From an uncultured virus (IMG/VR IMGVR_UViG_3300048581_000043) (lineage: Duplodnaviria; Heunggongvirae; Uroviricota; Caudoviricetes), in IMG/VR virus record IMGVR_UViG_3300048581_000043: a stretch of 20,000 nucleotides of DNA; one strand, given 5' to 3'. Under the pieces are notes generated by a model. That model had not been told where the DNA came from. It ran no database searches and worked only from the letters and a program-made list of their open reading frames with translations. Shown here one piece after another: positions 9,701-16,862 of the stretch. Numbering within the stretch: the stretch's first letter is position 1; each line of letters opens with the position of its first letter. Position numbers and translations under genes: made by a program.

Positions 9701-10562
9701 TATAGGAGCCGCTGAAACATTCGGAGCTTCCCTCGGTCTGTTAGGAGAAAAAGCGGCACTTACTACAGCAGTAAAAGAATTAACTACAACAGACAAAGCC
9801 TTGAATACAGTTAAATCTCTTTTTAGTCAAGGCGCAAGTGTAACTGATGAAGTCTCTGGGTGGTTAGGTTCAAAAGGAACTTTGGCAGGCAAGTTCTATG
9901 CTCAGGCATATAATGATGGATTAAAATCAACCATAACTTCTTTTGCCAATAGTTATAAACTTAATGTTTCTTATGCCGATGTTGTAAACGGTGTTAATGC
10001 AATCAGGGCTACAGAAGGAACTGCTGCAGTAACCGATCTATATGGAGTTTCTACATCAGAAATATCTTCTGCACTAAAAACATTATGTCATGGACAAATC
10101 AATGCTGATGGAACTGCTGTTGCTACTGATACGATGAATAAAGCAGTTGATGCATTCGCTTCTAAGTTAACTTTAACTTCTGGAGTTGCTGCGGCTAAAA
10201 CCGCTTCTGCAGTTGGTGTTTCTACACTTAAGGATTACACAGGTTTAATCAAAGGAACTTTTGCCAAAGCAAGTGGCGTAACCACTTTAAATATGATAAA
10301 AACAATGGCGGGCGCAGGCACTGTAGCTTACATTCAAATGTTTGCAGGTATGGATGATAGTAACTATGCGTGTCCATTAAGAATCTCTCCTCTTAGTTGG
10401 AGAAATGACCCCTTTGTTTGTGGATTAGATGGACTTACCAGAGAGTCCGGTATTCTTAACTATGTTAAAGGGCAATGGAAATTATACATGGGTTCTGTTA
10501 CTACAATCTCAGATTATATTACTCAATACATGGATGGCATAAGTCAGACCTTAGATTTGTGA
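3771..10562 (+). CDS. Giant virion structural protein: N-terminal tail-tube-initiator-like domains fused to a T4 gp27/P2 gpD-like baseplate hub and an Ala/Gly/Thr-rich C-terminus
   Basis: 2263 aa; TAATG stop/start overlap with ORF1. Hub-like segments: ISSIRIFKDKGSPSTSAVIEMVN, GTAVSIRVGY..LFNGYITGV..FTIECQSYG, KWDVFQDMA..VFFGKP, and MYSGNLVIRGDPELKPTD..EVKSVLNLF..GYITVIEP. Located directly upstream of the spike/gp25/J-like genes. Confidence 0.7.
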   Translation: MSNNSVINSSANNERTSFQYDPRDLPGATRIGNVWLHVPPINLRFGHAKATDLRKVLRQSGPEYVKSGRGVKTVDIDLVFSGANQINNKLARILATLRRTPFIIVNNETICKEMNYQSNNAINNDVPMAVTAYTFRTELELPDTIIMHLSMMFFNFLPYVKTFQYLKHTGDFNKDGTPTLVPCQGIEDSNLYRQYVDALLKKSVEIGDFMFGGEIDSAGSLSPEELAKQKNAKNEFNSRIDFQRSDVVRNGSVIRLTDNYDSAKQDLVIGYHVFSLAQALDLKLGAYKSRRLHKWVWTEDDLRKDMKLCVTNLPDSMSVTQAVTQYYEELMTLPVINNGAKYPKKFRISTNNTCVIHGLAVRRSINLTPLPILSCETPTIQYTGGAVTDISLTLVVNDENFIEQLRAVDSSIEESSRNKRHLAGTEMSYIENDLVNLNGTFTIHTGDMDIQNIPGNPGSYMVNWNFNEQTEGLYALTSPPNEIPKLKQTMLEQILTVYRNWQYTDAYNKKRHDLNFDDIDPSYIKIFVIPSLIRSVRNGFVEFMKQNGYVNSSDFTNESISGVLDAATAMITQGQVQTINFDYLWEDPPFVDDGSVSETADDQETRYETAYNKIWHLMTGQLGTSDINKDTNTTTLYQQFKYYLYAQLATLSGVNATNTNTETGMIKGTAALLARSNNRRFELFLRQPNIREYEIKKMMGNTSSGTSTGSGYYWTSMMGEKVYYDDLSIRDYVSSLADACAEYTIDEKPLFKQPTHPDLTEAELRQGSIYLLRGDDVSNAAFKELMRPHIEKWIARHSSSGANIGSAKDAFSTFLNATSKLTCYPDLGLPFDYDIEKADGTKTGKFITFTEPDFYIQSYSIKDIGGIDDSDISLVAIKKRLALASQGIPTLAITGNTVPSIERTNGMVNNDIRNSEPYKPLGSTSKTTSSPKDIQQREIDLLNNSINKELATTKAYYKNAHGGNISPGEMAKLRNNETDFSMLSDAELFMTTALAKTVGNIAGETSPKTIDEAMREHKIFHSTYMDYNPDFEHTLPNIIEKAQNQILENPKYYSMAGAYPTFKLYFRAENQNEWLLFDNFFDYRMISSIRIFKDKGSPSTSAVIEMVNQKNVLNDLTALLAKSSHLTADGNNASANKLDYTSDQGGSKPLAKLMLQAGTAVSIRVGYNSDPDLLSTLFNGYITGVDPGEAFTIECQSYGAELDTESNMTSITGRFCHPGQYLWMMMTDPKVKHLGHLFEAKTLPNSAKDYLDWAAFGHNIYINDTMEPGKLRYLQAYNAENMSKWDVFQDMAAAHPGYICQVVPYGNRETVFFGKPDHFYTYTDDPGVTRNYSLPYKNDSGTPSSLKTFINSCINGAADSYGPQPAGLDVMSTADYKTAWNSLQLGNFSVNLNYMQWKAYGDSIKDIIDINKQAISQTKKYDIFVALQYCRLVEYLTALDADPAVGNIQYRQISLTGQADSVDSLSSNALKSAQASQTTALKTYLQSLSASELTNTIQTVINNYSEDPSINPSSAAQYDNKLTKLRADVLKIQTNPSYMTSFDISKYDNKIQAAFTNSLKNRTVHLQYFLTGGTEANRELGATWSNMSKKSFQDSSYDFNILEVNPDLQSAEELMLNYKNTKDPDIISQGMFSDSTHVTRAFFKAAQATYNETGIASPIACACWYRIAFLLFGQLRKKTGQKGNQTVTYMNDINNLQDYSSTGLFFDSLGIQVFNTDDAGVTTDQLGTVKFNGPIFRTDLKAHIALRNIILGKLTSFSADLQELLFTLGQAPNKKTFRNYKILTSHEHIINNSIKLDYIGMWNAVKLKYKRHDFMDVYIPSPVIGVANAVVTAGSYGMLNLGWGDKPNSYVIQAGQTLDDRITREITIPIENARTVAQARNYSTSLLAEGIRNMYSGNLVIRGDPELKPTDICFIYDDYNAMYGAIEVKSVLNLFTPDTGYITVIEPQAYVEPLGINFSAAALICEVFNDILTAVAVIGAAETFGASLGLLGEKAALTTAVKELTTTDKALNTVKSLFSQGASVTDEVSGWLGSKGTLAGKFYAQAYNDGLKSTITSFANSYKLNVSYADVVNGVNAIRATEGTAAVTDLYGVSTSEISSALKTLCHGQINADGTAVATDTMNKAVDAFASKLTLTSGVAAAKTASAVGVSTLKDYTGLIKGTFAKASGVTTLNMIKTMAGAGTVAYIQMFAGMDDSNYACPLRISPLSWRNDPFVCGLDGLTRESGILNYVKGQWKLYMGSVTTISDYITQYMDGISQTLDL

Positions 10563-10569
10563 GGAAGAA

Positions 10570-11373
10570 ATGCAAACAATACAACAAACTACAAAAAACT
10601 TATCCAGATTAGAATCAGATAGTACACCACGTTCTTCGATGTGCAAAATTCTTGCTATCTCTCCAGATTCTATTCGAGCCATTGTAGTTCCAATGGCTGA
10701 TGGTGAAATAGATGCTAAACCAATCACTGTAAATATTTTAAGAACTCCTGGTATTTCTATTCCTTACGATACAGTCAGTTGTATTGGGTTATTACATGGG
10801 GATCCAAAAGCGCCCTATGGTGTAGAAATCTTTATTAGAACCACCCCCCACCCTGACTTAAGTCATAATATAACGAATTCTTTGTACGGTTCACCAGGAG
10901 AAAGTAAAGAAACAGATGTTATCGGCAGATTTGATGTCGAAACAGATAATACTGAAGCGCAAATTAATATGAAACGTTATCCTCAAGCGCACGCAATGGT
11001 TTTAAAACCACCAAAAATTATCCCCGCAGATTATATTGGAAATAATGACTTTATTAATGATGATCAACGCGCATTGATTGATGATCAGGGAGCATATGTT
11101 TCTATTAGTGAAGATGAGTCCAGACTAATAGCTGATAATGAAAATGGCATTCTAATTAATGCTAAAAGTGGCGTCTCTATTGAAGGAAAATTAAACATAG
11201 GCGCTTCATTTGAAGATATTCGTATAAATGGAGCATGGAAACTTAACCCAATGATGAAGTTTATGATCCCTTCTACCGCTGTAAGTCCAATACCTACTGT
11301 AATTTGGGATCCACCTGGAACCAGTTTGGTAAATGGATTAAGTTCTATAATGAATGATATTAAAAACACTTAA
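10570..11373 (+). CDS. Probable baseplate central spike (gpV/gp5-like) protein
   Basis: 267 aa; GAGGA RBS. Lies between the hub and the gp25-like gene. N-terminal beta-rich OB-fold-like segment (CKILAISPDSIRAIVVP) and short C-terminal beta-strand repeats (GAYVSISEDESRLIADNENGILINAKSGVSIEGKLNI). Mainly a positional inference. Confidence 0.5.
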   Translation: MQTIQQTTKNLSRLESDSTPRSSMCKILAISPDSIRAIVVPMADGEIDAKPITVNILRTPGISIPYDTVSCIGLLHGDPKAPYGVEIFIRTTPHPDLSHNITNSLYGSPGESKETDVIGRFDVETDNTEAQINMKRYPQAHAMVLKPPKIIPADYIGNNDFINDDQRALIDDQGAYVSISEDESRLIADNENGILINAKSGVSIEGKLNIGASFEDIRINGAWKLNPMMKFMIPSTAVSPIPTVIWDPPGTSLVNGLSSIMNDIKNT

Positions 11374-11382
11374 TGTTATAAT
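11354..11382 (+). promoter_or_regulatory. Candidate sigma70/sigmaA-type promoter with extended -10
   Basis: Perfect TGnTATAAT (TGTTATAAT, 11374-11382) at the start of the only sizeable intergenic gap. ATGATA (4/6 match to TTGACA) at 11354-11359 is 17 bp upstream of the -10 hexamer. The AT-rich background lowers significance. Confidence 0.4.
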
Positions 11383-11427
11383 TTAAATGGGTTGTTCTAA
11401 CCCCTTCCCCTAATAACTGGAGTTCAA

Positions 11428-11847
11428 ATGTCTGGTTTATATACAACACAAGATATAAAGATGACTGCTAGTGGAGATTTTTTAATAGGAGCTAATGGCG
11501 ATTTTGTCAAAGCTACTATTGATGAAACCACCCAACAAGATACTATTATATATCTTTATACTGCATTAGGAGATATGGAAGCTTTGCCGAATATAGGCTC
11601 TACAATTGAAACTTTTAGAGGAGAACCTAACTCTAAAACTAATGCAGGTCTGATAATAACCGAAGCAGCCCGTGCTCTTACTGTTGGTGGAAGGTTTTCA
11701 GCATCGGACATAACTATAAATGCAGTACCTATAGCTATTGACAAATTGGTATTATTTGTTACAATAGCTAACCTGGTAAGTATTCTTTCTAGTTCTATGA
11801 CCTTTACATTTGACTATGTAAAAGGTATGAATCTGCAAACCAACTGA
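11428..11847 (+). CDS. Baseplate wedge subunit, T4 gp25/P2 gpW-like (sheath initiator)
   Basis: 139 aa; GGAG RBS at 11419-11422. Typical gp25-like pattern DIKMTASGDFLIGANGDF...LYTALGDMEALPNIGSTIETFRGEPN, immediately before baseplate J. Confidence 0.85.
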   Translation: MSGLYTTQDIKMTASGDFLIGANGDFVKATIDETTQQDTIIYLYTALGDMEALPNIGSTIETFRGEPNSKTNAGLIITEAARALTVGGRFSASDITINAVPIAIDKLVLFVTIANLVSILSSSMTFTFDYVKGMNLQTN

Positions 11848-11854
11848 GGAAAAG

Positions 11855-13090
11855 ATGGCTATTATAATCAAAGATAGCGATACATTAAATAAGCAAACCA
11901 TAGAATACTTGGCTAATTATACTGCATCATCCAATACTAGTAAGGGAACGCTTGTTCAAGCTGTTGTATATGCGGTTAATGCTGCGCTTGGTGAATCATA
12001 TGAGATTCTAACTTCTAGTGTTGCTCAGGCCTACTTATCTAGTGCTACCGGAAATAATCTAGATCTGATGGGCGTAGTGCTAAATATCAAGAGGGGTGGA
12101 CAACAACTTTCTTCTGCAAGTCAAACGCAGAGATTCTTTGTGGTATCAGATACATTAGGTACCGTAGCCGCCACACTCAATAATAGAATTCCTGCCGGAA
12201 CTCTTGTCTATACTGCTGATTCCAGTATACAGTACCGTCTAATTAGCGATATTGTTTTTAATGATTCTGACACTTCTGTTTATGGAAACATAGAAGCTGT
12301 ATCTGGCGGAAGTACATCTAATGTAGGAGCGAATACTCTTACCTATCACAACCTCGGAATTACAAATCTTCTAACTACAAATATGTCTGATGTCACTACT
12401 GGAACAGATACTCAAACCGATGAAGAATACAGATATATTCTTTCTAAAGCAGTAACTGCCGCTGAAGCTGCAAATGAAACAGCTGTTAGATTAGCAGCTC
12501 TTAGTATTAGTGGCGTCTCCGATGTGTTAATTGTACCTTACATAGAAGGGGTAGGCACATTCGGAATTATAGTAATAGGTACTACTCCTATCGTTTCTAC
12601 TGATGTCTTAAATAATGTAACAATTGCAGTTAATACAGTTAAGGCATTAGGAGAATATACTACTATCTCTCACCCACGTTATATTGGGTTCGAGATCAAT
12701 GCTCATCTTATTTTTAGAAGTACAACGGATGCCGTTACTAAACAAAGTGTAACAGATTTAGTCCAGTCCAACATCTATAACTACATAGACAATATTCCAA
12801 TGGGCAATGAATTTGTTCGAAACGAAGTTATTCAAGTAACTATGGACACATCTACTGAAATTCTAGATATCGATACTGACCCTAATTCTTCTACTTGTCT
12901 TTCAATCCATTACTGGTCACCTACAACTATAGAAATAGATAGTAATGACAATGAAGTGTCTAACCGCATAAGAACATTGTTAACTTCTAATTACATTGGT
13001 TTCTTTGATGACAAACCTATCACTGAACAAAACGTGCAAGGTTATGTTCACGATACTTCATTTACTCCAATCACGGTAACATATGAATAA
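11855..13090 (+). CDS. Baseplate J-like wedge protein (P2 gpJ / Mu gp47 / T4 gp6 family)
   Basis: 411 aa. Hallmark motifs SATGNNLDLMG...R, IPAGTLV, EAVSGGSTSNVGANTL, GTDTQTDEEYRY, ALSISGVSDV and GTFGIIV. Confidence 0.93.
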   Translation: MAIIIKDSDTLNKQTIEYLANYTASSNTSKGTLVQAVVYAVNAALGESYEILTSSVAQAYLSSATGNNLDLMGVVLNIKRGGQQLSSASQTQRFFVVSDTLGTVAATLNNRIPAGTLVYTADSSIQYRLISDIVFNDSDTSVYGNIEAVSGGSTSNVGANTLTYHNLGITNLLTTNMSDVTTGTDTQTDEEYRYILSKAVTAAEAANETAVRLAALSISGVSDVLIVPYIEGVGTFGIIVIGTTPIVSTDVLNNVTIAVNTVKALGEYTTISHPRYIGFEINAHLIFRSTTDAVTKQSVTDLVQSNIYNYIDNIPMGNEFVRNEVIQVTMDTSTEILDIDTDPNSSTCLSIHYWSPTTIEIDSNDNEVSNRIRTLLTSNYIGFFDDKPITEQNVQGYVHDTSFTPITVTYE

Positions 13091-16000
13091 AAACTATCTT
13101 TCACCTTTAACTCAAGAGATTGCCAATAAGTTTGCTTCTTGGCAAGACGTAAGAAATAACACCGCTGGTGGGGGGTGGAGATTTCTAAATACCTTTGGTG
13201 TTCATTTCAAAGATTACACAAGGTCTCAAAACTCGGCTATTCAATCTTTGTTTCTTTCTACTGTTGATTTATCTCAAATGGATGTAATATATAAAGCCAC
13301 TTTACCTTACCAAACAATTTTGGATACATCGAATCTTCCAATCGTTACAACGGAATATGGAACGTTATCAACAACCGATACCGATGCCGATTTTCTATAT
13401 TTATCTAACCCGACTCGTATCCAATTTCAATCGATCATTACAATAAATGATTTGACTACTGAAACATTTAATGGCTCTCTTGAATATGACTTACCTTATA
13501 TTAATGCTGATAAGGATAGTCTAGCCATGTATTACGGATTTGATTCCAATAATAATCTAATCAAATATTATTGGATACCCCCTAGCAATCTAGAAAAACA
13601 AGTCTTAGGAACTTATCAATTACGAGATACTAATGGCATAGTATTAAATACCACACCAGATACCTGGGCTCTTCATGAAGATCTTCTGGTCCTAACTTAT
13701 GGGTCTAACTTATATTTCTTCGATATTAATATTCCTCTTGATGCTTATATAACTAACCAAGCACAAGAGCAAACCTACTGCAAAGCTTTTTTGCAACAAA
13801 CTCTAGAAACACCTATTATAGGCTTATCATTTGATGAACAAAAGAAATATCTAATTGCAATCTCTGCTAATAATACTTATTATAAATATCGCATATGTCA
13901 TGACATTTGTATGTTCGACACAACTCGCAAAGTCTTATTGACTCGCGAAAAATATAATGACCTTCAAATAGGTAATATACCTTACAGTCTGGCAGAGATG
14001 AATATATGGAATAACCTAGATGATTTTGGCGTTTTCTTGGATCAGTCAAGAGATATAGGCGAAGAAAATAAAGATTATAAAACTCGTCTACTGGATGTTT
14101 TCAAATTTCGGAGTAACTCAACTGCCCAAGGTGTAGTCAACGGAGTAACTAGAGAGTTTGATAATTTAAGATATTATGGTTATTGGTCACCGGGCTCTTA
14201 TCCTACTTCCTTATATCCTGATGGAAATTATATTACAGGATATAATATTTATGAAAGTGGTATTTATCCAGACAATACTTATGATATAGCCAAGATCAAT
14301 GCATTGCAAGACCCTTTTTATTACTCTACATTAGTAACTAGCGGAATACCTAATTCAGCAGAAATAGCTGGATACACTAAAGAAATATTACAAACATTCC
14401 CTATTATTTGGGGTAGTGGCACAGATGACATTTATGCTTTTATTTGGGATCTAGCTCACTTTGATAGTGGAACAAACAAAGCCAAATATGTACCTAATTT
14501 CTTTAGCGTAATTGCTTCTGGAATTGAACCTGTATATTTTCAAAGTGGTGTAAATAATCCATCTACAAACGAGTTGATGGTTTCTTTTAATCTTGATAAT
14601 GCAACCAACTGGCAAGCTCGTGTTAATACGGGAGATTTTTATATACATGAAACTCCTTATCATGTTTACTCTGATCCAGGTTACGATCTAATACCTTCTG
14701 GAACAACCACTTACTTATTACCATCTTCTTTTCAACCTGGTCAATTAATTCTTATCACCGAATCTGGTTATGGAGAATGGGCTAACGTTATAGAATCAGG
14801 AATTATTCCTACAGGTCGCGAATATATAGTTAGTGGTGACACAATCTCTTTAAATTATAATCATCCTAATACCAATCTAGATATCATGTGGGAAAACGGA
14901 ACAGATGCATACACTACTCTTCCTTGGGATTTTAATCCCTTGCATGCTTTGGGCTATAACGGATTTGTTTGGGTCACAGATAAAGAACAAATAGTAGATC
15001 CTAATACGGGCTTAACAGTAACAGTTAACCCATCTGATATAGCTTATGGTTCTCAAGAATCTTTAATTACTGCTAATCTAATCGATATCAATGGCGATTA
15101 TATAACTGGAGCGATCATAACATTTAGCGGAACTAACAATATAGGCGAATTGTCTACTACGGAAGCCTATACGCAATTTGATGGAGACGCTCTTTCAACT
15201 TACTTTTCTCCTAGCGATACAACTGGCATAGTCGCTACAGGTTCTAACTTTTCTGCCGCTTATACGTGGTCATCTTACAATACTCTTCCTTTCACTAGAA
15301 GTACCGAAAGTATTTGGAGTTTTGGTAACAAGATATTTACCTCACATTATGCGAACAATGTCGTACAAGTATATTCCTCTACTGATGGACAAAACTGGAC
15401 ATTAGAAGGTACTTTCGGATTTGGAAGTTCACAAGACACAACATTGGGCAATTATCAATTAGCCACAGGACAATGGGATGTAACTTTATTTAATGGTCAG
15501 TTATGGTTAATAGGACCTCCCGGTGGTAGTAGAACATTCATTTATAATAGCAATGATGGAGTTCATTGGACCCAACATACGATTCAAGGAACAACCATAT
15601 CTAACCCAAGTGAGACACAACCTCCAGCTAGATTAGTGGTTTTGGGATCTTGGATGTATTTTTTTGGAGGTCCTCAAGGTAATAATGTATATCAAACCCA
15701 AGATGGTATAAACTGGATTCATCCGATTAATGAAACTCTTCCTATGGGAACTTCTCGCACAGGAATGGGAACCATTTCTTATAATGGTTACACCTATATA
15801 ATCTGCGGTAATAACTCTACCTCTTTGGTTCCCTATACTGATGTACCCGTAATATCTGAAAGTCCTTACAATGATATATGGAGAACAACCAACTTTATTA
15901 ATTGGGAACAGGTTTCTTCTAATGTTCCTTTTACTTCAAGAATTCTTTTACAATTACAAGAATTCAATGGTAGAGTCTATATATTTGGCGGAGCCAATGG

Positions 16001-16862
16001 AGTAGCTAACAGAATATATAATGCTGAGGTATGGAGCACTACTGATTTTATCAACTGGGATAAAGAACTTTCATTACCTAATATACCAACAAGACCAGTT
16101 TCAAGCGCCGTGGTTAATGGTTCAATTATCGCCTTAACCGACAATACCAATAATATTAAACGCATGAGTCAGTCAGGAATGAAAATTTGGTTTGATAAAG
16201 TAATCACTAGTACCTCATATGACGAGATGTTTACTTTTTCACAAGTAGCATCAAACTTGCCAGCACCTTATCCATCTACAACTGACACTATAATTTTAAA
16301 AAATGATGGTCCTCAAAGTTTCGACATACTATCAACTGATTGGATGGCTTGCGATACATATTTAGGTAAATACAATTACCGTTATACTATTGGCGGATCC
16401 AAACCAGATTCCAGTGATGAATATGCCAATATTGATACAACATCACTGAAGTATTCTTTTAGTTCACCTATACTATCTGTAAAAAGTTCTAGCTGGATCG
16501 GTTATGATGTAGACAACCTTACTACTCCACTAGATTATGGAAGAGTAGTAATTTATTCAACTAAATCAGATACAATAACTGGATGTCAATATAATAGCTA
16601 TTCGCCAATTACGCCTTTCAATACAATAGTAGAAACATCCGGAACCTGGGTTCTTTATGCCGATGATCTAATTTCTAGTATACCTAATGCCTATTTAGTT
16701 TATCCAACACAAGAAACAATAGTTGTCAATGCAGAGTACAACGGTATAAATATTGGACCCCAATATGCTACAATTAACATAGGGTTAGATGCTGAACAAC
16801 AAGGTGTCTTACGACTTGATCAAAAGTTTGCTCACTACTATTCTTATCTGAGGCTTTCATGA
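13083..16862 (+). CDS. Large baseplate wedge/receptor-binding protein: gpI/gp7-like wedge motif, Ig-like (invasin/Big-type) domain and BNR/Kelch-like beta-propeller
   Basis: 1259 aa; 8-bp overlap with the J gene. Wedge motif LDDFGVFLDQSRDIGEENKDYKTRL (~14016-14090). Ig-like TVTVNPSDIAYGSQESLITANLIDINGDYITGAIITF..G.LS..YTQFDG (~15010-15210). Five Asp-box-like repeats at 15372-16058. Confidence 0.75.
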   Translation: MNKNYLSPLTQEIANKFASWQDVRNNTAGGGWRFLNTFGVHFKDYTRSQNSAIQSLFLSTVDLSQMDVIYKATLPYQTILDTSNLPIVTTEYGTLSTTDTDADFLYLSNPTRIQFQSIITINDLTTETFNGSLEYDLPYINADKDSLAMYYGFDSNNNLIKYYWIPPSNLEKQVLGTYQLRDTNGIVLNTTPDTWALHEDLLVLTYGSNLYFFDINIPLDAYITNQAQEQTYCKAFLQQTLETPIIGLSFDEQKKYLIAISANNTYYKYRICHDICMFDTTRKVLLTREKYNDLQIGNIPYSLAEMNIWNNLDDFGVFLDQSRDIGEENKDYKTRLLDVFKFRSNSTAQGVVNGVTREFDNLRYYGYWSPGSYPTSLYPDGNYITGYNIYESGIYPDNTYDIAKINALQDPFYYSTLVTSGIPNSAEIAGYTKEILQTFPIIWGSGTDDIYAFIWDLAHFDSGTNKAKYVPNFFSVIASGIEPVYFQSGVNNPSTNELMVSFNLDNATNWQARVNTGDFYIHETPYHVYSDPGYDLIPSGTTTYLLPSSFQPGQLILITESGYGEWANVIESGIIPTGREYIVSGDTISLNYNHPNTNLDIMWENGTDAYTTLPWDFNPLHALGYNGFVWVTDKEQIVDPNTGLTVTVNPSDIAYGSQESLITANLIDINGDYITGAIITFSGTNNIGELSTTEAYTQFDGDALSTYFSPSDTTGIVATGSNFSAAYTWSSYNTLPFTRSTESIWSFGNKIFTSHYANNVVQVYSSTDGQNWTLEGTFGFGSSQDTTLGNYQLATGQWDVTLFNGQLWLIGPPGGSRTFIYNSNDGVHWTQHTIQGTTISNPSETQPPARLVVLGSWMYFFGGPQGNNVYQTQDGINWIHPINETLPMGTSRTGMGTISYNGYTYIICGNNSTSLVPYTDVPVISESPYNDIWRTTNFINWEQVSSNVPFTSRILLQLQEFNGRVYIFGGANGVANRIYNAEVWSTTDFINWDKELSLPNIPTRPVSSAVVNGSIIALTDNTNNIKRMSQSGMKIWFDKVITSTSYDEMFTFSQVASNLPAPYPSTTDTIILKNDGPQSFDILSTDWMACDTYLGKYNYRYTIGGSKPDSSDEYANIDTTSLKYSFSSPILSVKSSSWIGYDVDNLTTPLDYGRVVIYSTKSDTITGCQYNSYSPITPFNTIVETSGTWVLYADDLISSIPNAYLVYPTQETIVVNAEYNGINIGPQYATINIGLDAEQQGVLRLDQKFAHYYSYLRLS
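15372..16058 (+). repeat. Protein-level Asp-box/BNR-like repeats (beta-propeller blades)
   Basis: YSSTDGQNW (15372), YNSNDGVHW (15543), YQTQDGINW (15690), WRTTNFINW (15879) and WSTTDFINW (16032), spaced ~49-63 aa apart, with Kelch-like LWLIG / MYFFGG / YIICG / VYIFGG strands between them. Confidence 0.8.

Noticed and set aside
11389..11410. Hairpin GGGTT-gttct-AACCC as an intrinsic terminator
   Set aside because: The stem is only 5 bp and no U-tract follows, so it was not called a terminator.
3771..16862. Bacterial eCIS/T6SS/tailocin locus rather than phage
   Set aside because: No Afp/PVC-type ATPase, Tss membrane genes or host genes are present. Gene sizes, fibres and the RNAP-like protein fit a large phage better, although capsid genes are outside the window so this is not formally excluded.
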